Source: Porphyrobacter sp. (GTDB lineage: Bacteria; Pseudomonadota; Alphaproteobacteria; Sphingomonadales; Sphingomonadaceae). Taken from it: DNA of 64,000 bases. The translations under genes were made by a program, and so were the position numbers. Below the pieces are notes generated by a model that worked only from the letters and a program-made list of their open reading frames with translations, was not told the DNA's origin and made no database searches. The stretch lies in assembly GCA_016125555.1 (NCBI GenBank), contig WGLN01000012.1, positions 11,238 through 75,237 of the forward strand. Direction: 5' to 3'. This document shows, piece after piece, positions 47,013 to 56,513 of the stretch (position 1 is the first letter of the stretch; each line of letters starts with the position of its first letter).

Positions 47013-47087
47013 TGGTGACCCGTACGGGAATCGAACCCGTGTTTCAGCCGTGAAAGGGCCGCGTCCTAACCGCTAGACGAACGGGCC
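47013..47087 (-). tRNA. tRNA-Glu (anticodon TTC)
   Basis: 75 nt. GGCCCGTTCGTCTAGCGGTTAGGAC..., anticodon loop CTTTCAC, T-arm GGTTCGATTCC, encoded CCA. Confidence 0.95.
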
Positions 47088-47181
47088 ACGCTCGTTGCGG
47101 AAGCGCGCAACTAGGGGGGTGAACCGCATCGGTCAAGCCCCGTTTGCGCGCGCCGCGACGAAAAATCACCGCGCCCCCCGC

Positions 47182-48981
47182 TCAATCGGCGAAGGCGGCA
47201 TCCTCGAGCTGCAATTCGGCCGCCGGCCGGTTGCCCCAGTCGTCGATCCGCGCACGGCCCGCGAGGTGGAAGCGCCGCCCGTTGCTGCGGTGGAGCAGGG
47301 TCTGCGCCATCTCGGTCTCGGCGGCGCGGAAGGCGATCGCCTTGAAACTTTTTCCGTCATTGCCGCTGGCGACCAGCCGCAGGTGATCCTTGCCGACGAT
47401 GTCCGCCTTCACGATCCTGACCGGCCCTACCGCAACACGCGGCGCGGGCCAGCCGACGCCGTAGGGCCCGGCGGCCTCGAGCGTCTCGACCAACTCCGGC
47501 GTAAGCCCGCCGGGCGCCAGCGCGAGATCGAGCAGCATGGCCGCCCCGGCTCGTGCGCGTTCGACATCGCGGGCGAGCCGCTCGTCGAGGAAGCCTGCGA
47601 AATCGGCGAGGCGTTGCGCCTCGATCGTCAGCCCCGCCGCCATCGCGTGCCCGCCGCCCGCGACCAGCAGCCCGGCCTCGCGCGCGGCGATAATCGCGGC
47701 GCCCAAATCGACCCCGCTGATCGAGCGGCCCGAGCCTTTCCCCTGCATCTCATCGAGCGCGATGACGATTGCGGGCTTGCCGGTCTTCTCCTTGATGCGC
47801 CCGGCAACGATCCCGATCACGCCCGGGTGCCAGCCGTGCCCGGCGAGCACCTGCACCGCCATGTTGTGCTGCCCGGCGATCTGCGCCTCGGCAGCCTCCT
47901 GCACCTCGGCCTCGATCGCGCGGCGTTCCTCGTTCAACTGCGAGAGCTGCATGGCGATGGCGCGGGCTTCCTCGGCATCGGTGGTGGTGAGCAGCCGCAC
48001 GCCCAGCGTCGATTCGCCGATCCGCCCCCCGGCATTGATGCGCGGGCCGAGCGCGAAGCCCAAGTCGCTGCACTGCGGCGCGCGGGTCAGGCGGCTCGCG
48101 TCGATCAGCGCCGCCATGCCGATCCGCTCGCGCCGGGCAAGCACCTTCAGCCCCTGCGCGACGAAGGCGCGGTTGAGGCCGTGGAGCGCCGCGACATCGG
48201 CCACGGTGCCGAGCGCGACCAGATCGAGGAGGCCCATCAGGTCGGGCTCGCGCCTGTCCGCGAACCAGCCGCGCGCGCGCAGCGTCCGCACCAGCGCCAC
48301 GCCGAGCAGGAAGGCGACGCCGACGGCGGCAAGATGCCCGTGCGCCGCGCCGAGGTCGCTCTCGTCGAGGCGGTTGGGGTTGACCAGTGCCGCCGCCTCG
48401 GGAAGTTCGGGCGAGCACTTGTGGTGATCGACCACGATCACGTCGACCCCGGCGCGCTTCGCCATGGCGAGCGCCTCGTGAGCCATCGCGCCGCAATCGA
48501 CCGTCACGATCAGGCTCGACCCGCCCTCGGCGAGGCGGACCAGCGCTTCTCCGGAGGGGCCGTAGCCTTCGAGCAGGCGGTCCGGGATGTAATAGTCCGC
48601 CGCGTGCCCAAGCTGGCGTAGCAGCTCCACCAGCAGCGCCGCGCTGGTCGCGCCGTCGACGTCGTAGTCGCCGTAGATCGTCACCTTCTCGCCCGCCGCC
48701 ACGGCATCGGCGATCCGCTCGGCAGCGGCGTCCATGTCGCGGAAGGCCGATGGATCGGGCAGGAACTCGCGCAGGGTCGGGCGGGCGTGGCGGGCGAGGT
48801 CGGTCTCGGACACGCCGCGGGTCAGGAGCAGCTGATCGAGGATCGAATGGGCAAGACTGTGCGCGCCCTCGCTGCCCAGCTCCATGTTGCCCCCGCGCCA
48901 GCGCCACGCCTTGCCGGACAGCGACGCGGTGATGCCGAGCACATGCGCGTGGGGGGCGGGCGAGAGCGGTGCGGAGGCCAT
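47182..48981 (-). CDS. recJ: Single-stranded-DNA-specific exonuclease RecJ
   Basis: Trimmed to the ATG at 48981 (MASAPLS...). Motifs IYGDYDVDGATS and VVDHHK (DHH). Confidence 0.92.
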   Translation of the reverse strand: MASAPLSPAPHAHVLGITASLSGKAWRWRGGNMELGSEGAHSLAHSILDQLLLTRGVSETDLARHARPTLREFLPDPSAFRDMDAAAERIADAVAAGEKVTIYGDYDVDGATSAALLVELLRQLGHAADYYIPDRLLEGYGPSGEALVRLAEGGSSLIVTVDCGAMAHEALAMAKRAGVDVIVVDHHKCSPELPEAAALVNPNRLDESDLGAAHGHLAAVGVAFLLGVALVRTLRARGWFADRREPDLMGLLDLVALGTVADVAALHGLNRAFVAQGLKVLARRERIGMAALIDASRLTRAPQCSDLGFALGPRINAGGRIGESTLGVRLLTTTDAEEARAIAMQLSQLNEERRAIEAEVQEAAEAQIAGQHNMAVQVLAGHGWHPGVIGIVAGRIKEKTGKPAIVIALDEMQGKGSGRSISGVDLGAAIIAAREAGLLVAGGGHAMAAGLTIEAQRLADFAGFLDERLARDVERARAGAAMLLDLALAPGGLTPELVETLEAAGPYGVGWPAPRVAVGPVRIVKADIVGKDHLRLVASGNDGKSFKAIAFRAAETEMAQTLLHRSNGRRFHLAGRARIDDWGNRPAAELQLEDAAFAD

Positions 48982-49064
48982 GGCGGGTGTCCTACCGCAA
49001 AGCCGCCACGGCGGACAGGCGCAGGCGGTTGACAATCGACAGGAACGGCAGGCACCCGGCAGCA

Positions 49065-49562
49065 ATGGACGACCCCGCTCCCGAACAGCACCTGCTGATC
49101 GCCTGGCACAGCCGCACCGGTGCGAGCGAGGCAATGGCCGCTGCCGCCGCCGAGGGTGCCGGGGGCCGGGCTCGGCTGATGCGGGCAGATGGGGTCACCG
49201 CAGACGATCTGCTGGCGGCGCGGGGATACCTGTTCGCCTGCCCAGAGAACCTCGCCACCATGAGCGGGCTGATGAAGGAGATGTTCGACCGCACCTACTA
49301 TGCGGTGCTCGGACAGGTCGAGGGGCGCCCCTATGCGACGATCATCGCGGCCGGTTCGGACGGGGAGGGCGCGCAGCGCCAGATCGACCGGATCGCGACC
49401 GGCTGGCGGCTGCGCCGGGTGGCCGATCCGGTGATCGTGAACTTCGCCGCACAGACCCCCGAGGCGATCGCTGCGCCCAAGCAGGTGCCGGACAAGGTGC
49501 TGAAACAGTGTCGGGAACTCGGTTCGGCTTTGGCCGAGGGGCTGAACCTCGGCATCTTCTAA
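49065..49562 (+). CDS. Flavodoxin-like-fold protein (NAD(P)H-dependent FMN reductase-like)
   Basis: Trimmed to the ATG at 49065. N-terminus LLIAWHSRTGASEAMA is typical of the flavodoxin-like fold. 165 aa. Confidence 0.5.
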   Translation: MDDPAPEQHLLIAWHSRTGASEAMAAAAAEGAGGRARLMRADGVTADDLLAARGYLFACPENLATMSGLMKEMFDRTYYAVLGQVEGRPYATIIAAGSDGEGAQRQIDRIATGWRLRRVADPVIVNFAAQTPEAIAAPKQVPDKVLKQCRELGSALAEGLNLGIF

Positions 49563-49627
49563 GATAAACTGCGTAAGCCACGCAGCGCAAAGCATTCGGG
49601 ACTCGACGATAGCTGTCAAAAAAGCCA

Positions 49628-50497
49628 ATGTTGCCCGCCGGATTGCGGCTTTGGGTCAGGCGCAGGACGAAGGGGACATCGACAATTCCACAATCGCAGC
49701 ATGTCGAGCCTGCGGGGCTGCAATTGCTGTTCGCGCCCGGCAGGCGGCCCACGCGCGCCGCGCTGCTGGAGTTCCTGTCGCGCCAGCACGCCGTTTCGCT
49801 GAGCCACGATCCTGCCGGGGAAGCCGGAGACGGACTGGTTGCGGCCGAATACGATGCGCCCCACGCGAACGGCGCCAATGCGGCCTGCGACGCAATGTGG
49901 CTCGAACTCCTGCGCGACGGGCTCACCTATGACCTGCGCGGCCTTGCGCCAGGCCCGGCTTGCGACACGCCGGACATCGCCCACCGCTTCGATTTCGCGG
50001 CCGATCCCTCTCACGCGGCGCTCCAGCCGCTCGACCTCCGGCCGGGGCCGCACCTCTCCGGCGGAGAGCGCAGCATGCCGGTGCTGCGCGGAATGCTCGC
50101 GCTCGCCCGCGATCTCAGCCTGCACTTCGCGGAGATGCAGGCGGTCTATTGGGGGCCCTCGCGCAGTGCCATCGGGCGGCGCTTCTTCGAATCCGTCGTC
50201 ACCGCCTGGCTCGAGGGCGGCGCCTTTCCCGCGCTCGGCCTGACCGCCTTCGAGGAGACCGCCGAGGGCGCCTTGCAGAGCGTCGGCCTCGCCTTCTGGA
50301 TCGGCCAGGAATTGCGCATCGAACCTCCGCTCAGCACCGACCGGGTCGCCGCCACGCGGCTCGGTGTGCGCCTGGTCAACCACCTCGTCATCATCGGCGG
50401 CATCGCGGGAAGCGAGCGGATCGTCGCGCCCGACGGGATGCGGCTCGTGATGGAAGCCGGGCCCGGCAGCACGGTCGTGCGGGTGAGGCGCGAGTAG
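49628..50497 (+). CDS. Hypothetical protein with no recognised domain; the start may be the TTG at 49724
   Basis: Strong GC3 from about 49720 onward. The stop TAG abuts the ATG of the next gene. Confidence 0.6.
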   Translation: MLPAGLRLWVRRRTKGTSTIPQSQHVEPAGLQLLFAPGRRPTRAALLEFLSRQHAVSLSHDPAGEAGDGLVAAEYDAPHANGANAACDAMWLELLRDGLTYDLRGLAPGPACDTPDIAHRFDFAADPSHAALQPLDLRPGPHLSGGERSMPVLRGMLALARDLSLHFAEMQAVYWGPSRSAIGRRFFESVVTAWLEGGAFPALGLTAFEETAEGALQSVGLAFWIGQELRIEPPLSTDRVAATRLGVRLVNHLVIIGGIAGSERIVAPDGMRLVMEAGPGSTVVRVRRE

Positions 50498-51016
50498 ATG
50501 CCGCAAAGGGGTCGCACCCGTTCACGTCAGTCCATTGCCTTCCGCGCCGTCAACCGGCGCGACACGCCGGGCTACGACCCTGCGCTGCAGCGCCATCACA
50601 TCCTGCCGCGGCAGTTGCTCTCCAAGCGCTGCTTCGGCCGGATCTTCGCCGAGATCGGGCGCGATTCGGTGGGCTTCGATGATTTCCGCGCCAACGGACT
50701 GCTGCTGCCGGCGAGCGAGGAGGCGACGATCCGCACGGGCATGCCGCTCCACCGCGGTCCCCACCATCGCTACAACGAGGTGGTGATCGCGCGCGTCGGC
50801 CGCATCGAGGAGAGTTGGGCGCGCGCCCGGCGGCGCGACCCCGAGGAGGCGCTTGGCGAGGCGCTCATGCGGCTCCAGCTTCTGCAGGATGCGCTGCGTC
50901 GCCAGCTGCTCGCCGAGCGGCGCCGGGTGGTGCTCAATCGCAAGGATCCGCTTGGCGCAGGCTTCGACTTCACCGAGCTCGACGCGATGGCCGAGGCGCT
51001 GTGGGCCGCGCGATAG
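50498..51016 (+). CDS. AHH-family (HNH/EndoVII-fold) nuclease-like protein
   Basis: 172 aa. RHHILP (32-37), NGLLLP (66-71) and LHRGPHHRYN (84-93) match the order and spacing of the AHH nuclease signature as I recall it. Confidence 0.55.
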   Translation: MPQRGRTRSRQSIAFRAVNRRDTPGYDPALQRHHILPRQLLSKRCFGRIFAEIGRDSVGFDDFRANGLLLPASEEATIRTGMPLHRGPHHRYNEVVIARVGRIEESWARARRRDPEEALGEALMRLQLLQDALRRQLLAERRRVVLNRKDPLGAGFDFTELDAMAEALWAAR

Positions 51017-51019
51017 GCG

Positions 51020-52024
51020 CTACTCCGCAGCCTCCGCCAGCGCCCCCCACGACGAAAAGCCGGAATTGGCGAGGAGCCGCGCCTTGGCGGCATGGTATTC
51101 GCGCTCGAGCCGGGCGACGAGATCCTCGACACTGCCGACCTGCTTGATCGCGCCGACCCCCTGGCCCGAACCCCAGATATCCTTCCACGCCTTCGCCTTG
51201 GTGTTGCCGCCGCTCCCGAAGTTCATCTTGCTGGGATCGCTCTCGGGCAGGTTGTCGGGATCGAGCCCGGCCGCCGCGATCGAGGAGCGGAGGTAGTTGC
51301 CGTGCACCCCGGTGAACAGGTTGGTGTAGACGATCCCGCTCGCATCGCCCTCGACGATGCCGTTCTTGTAGGCCTCGCTGGCGTTGGCTTCCGTGGTGGC
51401 GATGAAGGCGCTGCCCGCATAGGCGAAGTCGGCGCGCAGTGCCTGGGCTGCGAGGATCGATGCCCCGTGCGCGATCGAGCCCGACAGCGCGACGAGGCCG
51501 TCGAACCACTCGCGGATTTCCTGCATCAGCGCGAAGGGCGAGAGCGCACCGGCATGGCCGCCCGCGCCGGCGGCCACCGGAATGAGGCCGGTCGCGCCCT
51601 TCTCGATCGCCTTCTGCGCGAAGCGGTTATTGATCACGTCGTGCATCGTGATCCCGCCCCAGTTCTTCACCGCCTGGTAGACCTCCTCGCGCGCGCCCAG
51701 CGAGGTGATGATCATCGGCACCTGCCACTTCTCGCAGGTCGCCATGTCGGCTTCCACACGGTCGTTGGTCTTGTGGATGATCTGGTTGACCGCGAAGGGT
51801 GCGGCGGGGCGATCGGGGTTCTCGCGGTTGTGCTTGGCGAGTTCCTCGGTGATCTGGTGGAGCCACTCGTCGAGCAGCGACTGGGGCCGGGCGTTCAATG
51901 CCGGGAAGCTGCCGATGATCCCCGCCTTGCACTGCGCGATCACCAGTTCGGGGCCCGAGACGATGAACAGCGGCGATCCGATCAGCGGCAGGCGCAGGCG
52001 ATCGAAGGGAGCGGGGAGGGGCAT
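51020..52024 (-). CDS. Nitronate monooxygenase (NMO / 2-nitropropane dioxygenase family)
   Basis: 334 aa. FMN-binding TIM-barrel pattern with AAGAGGHAG. Confidence 0.85.
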   Translation of the reverse strand: MPLPAPFDRLRLPLIGSPLFIVSGPELVIAQCKAGIIGSFPALNARPQSLLDEWLHQITEELAKHNRENPDRPAAPFAVNQIIHKTNDRVEADMATCEKWQVPMIITSLGAREEVYQAVKNWGGITMHDVINNRFAQKAIEKGATGLIPVAAGAGGHAGALSPFALMQEIREWFDGLVALSGSIAHGASILAAQALRADFAYAGSAFIATTEANASEAYKNGIVEGDASGIVYTNLFTGVHGNYLRSSIAAAGLDPDNLPESDPSKMNFGSGGNTKAKAWKDIWGSGQGVGAIKQVGSVEDLVARLEREYHAAKARLLANSGFSSWGALAEAAE

Positions 52025-52111
52025 CGGTTTCTCCTGAAAACTGTGTTCTCAACCCGTGTCTCTAGCGCGGGTTCCGGGGCTGCCAAGCGTGATTTTGATG
52101 GTGACGCAGCG

Positions 52112-53170
52112 TCAAGCGAGCACATCCTCCAGCCCGTAGAACCGCGCCGCCGTCCCCGCGAACAGAGCCGCCTTATCCTCTGCGCTGGCCGAACGGGCGA
52201 GGCGCTTGAAGGCGTTCCACAGCACGGCATAGTCCGCGCCCCAGTAATCGACGGGGTAATTGCTCTCGAACATGGCGCGCTCGGCCCCGAAGGCCTCGAT
52301 GCAGGTTTCGACATAGGGGCGCCACAGCGCGGCGAGATGCTCCGAGCCGAAGCCGGCCGCCGGGCCTTCCTCGGGCAGGGCGCAGAAGGCCATGGCGAGG
52401 CCGCCGAGCTTCACCACCACGTTCTCGCACTTCGTCAGTTCGTGGATGTTGCGCCGCCAGGTGTCGAACCGCTCGTGCAGCCGCCCCTTGTAAGCCGCGA
52501 CGCCCAGCGGCGTGCCGCAATGGTCGAGGCAGATCGGCTGATCGGGGAAGGCCCGTGCGAGGTCGATCACGTCGGGCAGCTGCGGTTCGAGCACCCAGGC
52601 ATCGAAGGTCAGCCCGCGCTTGCCCAGTTCGGCAAAGCCTTCGCGGAAGGTCGCGTCGCGATAGAGGCCCTCCGGCGCATGGAAGGGCGGGCCGAGCACT
52701 TGCGCGTCGGCGTCCCACGCGCCCTGGTGGCGGATGCCCTTGAAGCGGCGCGGGGCGGCGGCGTGGAGCGCGTCGAGCACTTCGCCCGCACGGCTGCCGA
52801 GCATGAGGTCGGCATGGCCGATGATCCCGGCGCAGGTCCGCCCGGGGCCGTAGAGCCCGCTCGCCCCTTGCGCGGCGACACCATTGACGAATTCGACCTC
52901 GCCCACCGGCTTCAAGGCATCGCCGTATGCGGCGTTGTAGAACGCGCCGCACTCCATGAAGACGGTGGCGATGATGTTGTGCCCGCTCGCAAGGTGCGCG
53001 TGGAGCTGGTCGAAGGTGTAGTGGGCGTTGTCGACCAGCGCGGCGATGAAGTGGTGCCGCGGCTCGGGGAACATCGGCAGCATCGCGCGCAGGTCCCACA
53101 GGTGGTGGTGCGGATCGATGATCGGCAGATCGGGTTCGAGAATCGTTTCGCGCGCGGCCGTGTCGTTCAT
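52112..53170 (-). CDS. Amidohydrolase-2 family metal-dependent hydrolase
   Basis: Trimmed to the ATG at 53170 after GGAGAGAAAC. N-terminal IIDPHHHLWD motif. Confidence 0.8.
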   Translation of the reverse strand: MNDTAARETILEPDLPIIDPHHHLWDLRAMLPMFPEPRHHFIAALVDNAHYTFDQLHAHLASGHNIIATVFMECGAFYNAAYGDALKPVGEVEFVNGVAAQGASGLYGPGRTCAGIIGHADLMLGSRAGEVLDALHAAAPRRFKGIRHQGAWDADAQVLGPPFHAPEGLYRDATFREGFAELGKRGLTFDAWVLEPQLPDVIDLARAFPDQPICLDHCGTPLGVAAYKGRLHERFDTWRRNIHELTKCENVVVKLGGLAMAFCALPEEGPAAGFGSEHLAALWRPYVETCIEAFGAERAMFESNYPVDYWGADYAVLWNAFKRLARSASAEDKAALFAGTAARFYGLEDVLA

Positions 53171-53330
53171 GTTTCTCTCCCATCGGGCGCGTGTTGGAGA
53201 CACATGAGACACTGTTCAGGAACAGAAAACCCCGTGCCGCGCGCCGCTTTCTCGAAAGCAGCACTAATGGCAGGATCGCGGCTCGTCATGCCCGAATTGA
53301 TAGAGGCCGGCCGGGCGGTAGGAAACGGCT

Positions 53331-54110
53331 TCAGGCAACTGCCCGGCGATAGAGGTGCCAGGTGGCGTGGCCGAGCACCGGCAGCGCCACGACAAGGCCG
53401 AGGAAGGCCGGGATCATGGCGAGGAACAGCACGCCCGCGACCAGCGCCGCCCAGCCGAGCATCACCGCGAAATTGCCGCGCACCACCTTGAAGCTGGCGA
53501 TAATCGCGGTGAGGAAGTCCACCTTGCGTTCCACCAGCATCGGCAGGCTGATGACGGTCATGGCATAGAAGGCGAAAGCGAGCACGGCGCCCGCGGCGCT
53601 GCCCACGCCGAGCATCGCCAGTCCTGCCGGCGCGGTGAGTGCCGCGACCGGATCGCTGCCCACGCCGCTCTCGGCCATGAAGATCGCGAAGATCGCGTGG
53701 GCGATGATCATCCAGAAGGAGAAAGCGACGAAGACGATCACCCCCATCGACAGGATCTGGTCATCGCCGTGGCCCTTCAATGCGCCGAGCACCGCGCGCC
53801 ACGACAGCGCCTCGCCCGCCTCGCGGCGACGGCTCGCCTCGTAGAGCCCGACAGCGACGAAGGGCGCGACCAGCGGGAAGCCCGCCATCGCCGGAATCAG
53901 CCAGGTGGGCTGGCTGGCGAACAGCGCCGCCCAGCCCACCGCGAGGCCCGCGACCACATAGACCCCGCCGAAGAACAGTCCGAATTGCGGCAGGCTGCGA
54001 AAGTCGCGCCAGCCCGCGGCGAGCGCACGGCCGAGATCCGCGAACACAAGATCGTGAGCGACTTGCGGGCGCGGCGTCGGGCCCAGCGAATCCGGTTCGA
54101 TCACGTCCAC
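53331..54110 (-). CDS. DUF2189-like integral membrane protein
   Basis: Trimmed to the GTG at 54110 after GAGGGAGGG (VDVIEPDS...). Multi-TM. Confidence 0.6.
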   Translation of the reverse strand: MDVIEPDSLGPTPRPQVAHDLVFADLGRALAAGWRDFRSLPQFGLFFGGVYVVAGLAVGWAALFASQPTWLIPAMAGFPLVAPFVAVGLYEASRRREAGEALSWRAVLGALKGHGDDQILSMGVIVFVAFSFWMIIAHAIFAIFMAESGVGSDPVAALTAPAGLAMLGVGSAAGAVLAFAFYAMTVISLPMLVERKVDFLTAIIASFKVVRGNFAVMLGWAALVAGVLFLAMIPAFLGLVVALPVLGHATWHLYRRAVA

Positions 54111-54178
54111 GCAGGCCCTCCCTCGCGCGCCCCGAAGCCTTGCGAGATTGCGCGGAAATCGCGCAGGCCGCAAGCGGG

Positions 54179-54583
54179 TCAGTCGATGCGCGAACGGCCG
54201 AGGATCAGCGCGGCGATCGAGAGGAGCAGGATCGCGCCGGCCTCGAACATCAGGTTCTCGGGCGCCATGTCCTTGCCCTGCAGCACCACCAGCCGGGCCA
54301 GCGCGGTGATGGCGATGAAGATCGGGTAGATGAAGAAGGCGCGATTGCCCGCGTGGAACACCGCGATCATGCCGATCACCTCGGTATAGAGGAACATCAG
54401 CAGGATGTCGGCGAGCGCGACCCTGCCGGTTTCCCACACCGACCAGATCTCGTGCCCGGCCGCAATCAGTGTCATCGCCGCGGCGATGATCAGCAGCAGC
54501 CGCTCGATCAGCAGATAGCCGCGATCCGCATAGCTGCGGCGGGGCGGATGATCGGTTGCGGGCTCGTCCATCATCTTCATCAT
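54179..54583 (-). CDS. psiE: PsiE-family (phosphate-starvation-inducible) membrane protein
   Basis: 134 aa, 4 TM helices. The pattern FLYTEVIGMI...ITALARLVV resembles E. coli PsiE. Confidence 0.65.
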   Translation of the reverse strand: MMKMMDEPATDHPPRRSYADRGYLLIERLLLIIAAAMTLIAAGHEIWSVWETGRVALADILLMFLYTEVIGMIAVFHAGNRAFFIYPIFIAITALARLVVLQGKDMAPENLMFEAGAILLLSIAALILGRSRID

Positions 54584-54614
54584 ACGCGAGGACTTGGCCG
54601 ATACCTAGTCGCCG

Positions 54615-56306
54615 CTATTGCTGGCCTTTCCGCGCCACCGCGACGTTCGCTGCGGAGAGCACCGCGCGCACGCTGGCGGTCGCGACGTCCTCGTCGATCC
54701 CGCAGCCCCAGACGGTGCGCCCGGCGCCGTCACGGCATTCGAGATAGGCCGCCGCGCGCGCATCGGTGCCTTGCCCCAGCGCGTGCTCGGTGTAGTCGGC
54801 GACCTCGAGATCGACCCCGAAAGCCTCGCGCAGGGTGCCCATCACGCTCGAGATGAGGCCGTTGCCGCGTCCCGAGACGCTCTGCTCCACCCCGTCGACC
54901 GCGATGGTCCCGGCGAAGATGCGCGTGCCATCGGCGGCGCGGCTTTCCTCGTAGCGGACCAGCTGGAAATGCTTCGGGTGGGTCTTGACGTGATAGGCGC
55001 GGCGGAAGGCGTCCCAGATGTCGGCCGCGCCCAGTTCCCGCCCAAGCTCGTCGGCCATCTGCTGGACGTGCTTCGAGAAATCGGCCTGCATCTTCTTGGG
55101 CAGCTTGAGGCCCTGGTCCTTCTCCAGCACCCAGGCAAAGCCGCCCTTGCCGGACTGCGAATTGACCCGGATCACCGCCTCGTAGGAGCGGCCGAGATCG
55201 GCCGGATCGATCGGCAGATAGGGCACGCGCCACTCTTCGTCGTTCTGCGTCTCGCGCGCCTCGAAGCCCTTCTTGATCGCGTCCTGATGGCTGCCGGAAA
55301 AGGCGGTGTAGACCAGTTCCCCGCCATAGGGGTGGCGCTGGTGGACCGGGATGTCGTTGCAGTATTCCACCGTCTCGATCACCCGGTCGATGTCCGAGAA
55401 ATCGAGGCCGGGATCGACCCCTTGGGTGTAGAGATTGAGCGCCATCGTCACGAGGCAGCAATTGCCCGTGCGCTCGCCATTTCCGAACAGGCAGCCCTCC
55501 ACCCGGTCCGCGCCCGCCATCAGCCCCAGTTCCGCCGCCGCGACCCCGGTGCCGCGGTCGTTGTGGGTGTGAAGGGAGATGACCGCGCTCTCGCGATTGG
55601 GCAGGTGGCGGCAGAAATATTCGATCTGGTCGGCGTAGATATTGGGCGTCGCCGCCTCGACCGTGGCAGGCAGGTTGAGGATGATCGGACGCTCGGGCGT
55701 GGGGGTGAGCACCTCCATCACCGCGGCGCAGACCTCGATGCTGAAGTCGAGCTCGGCGGTGGAGAAGGTCTCGGGGCTGTACTGGAAGTGCCACGCGGTG
55801 CCGGGGAAGCGGGCGGCCTCGTCGCGCATCACCTTGGCCCCGGCGACCGCAATCGCCTTCACCTCCTCCTTCGACATACGGAACACGATGTCGCGCCAGG
55901 CGGGGCTGACCGCGTTGTAGAGGTGGACGATCGCCGCCCGCGCGCCTTCGAGGCTTTCGAAGCTGGTGCGGATCAGGTCCTCGCGGCTTTGCGTGAGCAC
56001 TTGCACGGTGACGTCGTCGGGAATCTCCCCCGAGCGAACGAGGCCGGAGATGAAATCGAACTCGGTCGCGCCCGCGCTGGGGAAGCCGACCTCGATTTCC
56101 TTCACGCCGATCTCCACCAGCAGGTCGAAGAAGCGGCGCTTTTTCACCGCATCCATCGGGTCGATGATCGACTGGTTGCCGTCGCGAAGGTCGGTCGAGA
56201 GCCAGCGCGGCGCCTTCTCGATCAGGCGGCTCGGCCATTGGCGGTTCGGCAGGTCGATCTGGCCGAAGGCACGATATTTGGCGGAAGGATCACGGAGCAT
56301 GGGCAT
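54615..56306 (-). CDS. leuA: 2-isopropylmalate synthase (long LeuA type)
   Basis: 563 aa. Motifs LRDGNQS and HTHNDRGTG. Confidence 0.95.
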   Translation of the reverse strand: MPMLRDPSAKYRAFGQIDLPNRQWPSRLIEKAPRWLSTDLRDGNQSIIDPMDAVKKRRFFDLLVEIGVKEIEVGFPSAGATEFDFISGLVRSGEIPDDVTVQVLTQSREDLIRTSFESLEGARAAIVHLYNAVSPAWRDIVFRMSKEEVKAIAVAGAKVMRDEAARFPGTAWHFQYSPETFSTAELDFSIEVCAAVMEVLTPTPERPIILNLPATVEAATPNIYADQIEYFCRHLPNRESAVISLHTHNDRGTGVAAAELGLMAGADRVEGCLFGNGERTGNCCLVTMALNLYTQGVDPGLDFSDIDRVIETVEYCNDIPVHQRHPYGGELVYTAFSGSHQDAIKKGFEARETQNDEEWRVPYLPIDPADLGRSYEAVIRVNSQSGKGGFAWVLEKDQGLKLPKKMQADFSKHVQQMADELGRELGAADIWDAFRRAYHVKTHPKHFQLVRYEESRAADGTRIFAGTIAVDGVEQSVSGRGNGLISSVMGTLREAFGVDLEVADYTEHALGQGTDARAAAYLECRDGAGRTVWGCGIDEDVATASVRAVLSAANVAVARKGQQ

Positions 56307-56513
56307 GGAAGAAGGCTCGTCGCACAGAATGGGAAGGAAGGCTCGGCGCTGGTCACCCTTGGGAGCGGCGCCGCTGCGTTCCTTGCACGCGGCCGCCTAC
56401 GCCCAAGGGCGCATAAGTCGAAGCAGCGCAAGTCCATGTCCGGTCATGGCCAGGTTCTTTGCCGATAATTGCGCGATGTGCAAGGCCGCAATGGCCCTGA
56501 TTTCAATTGCGCC

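Noticed and set aside
56222-56437. 71-aa minus-strand ORF in the leuA leader region
   Set aside because: It overlaps the leuA start in a different frame, is Cys/Arg-rich and has no RBS. The 16-codon Leu-rich mini-ORF in another frame is the more interesting reading and is reported as a finding.
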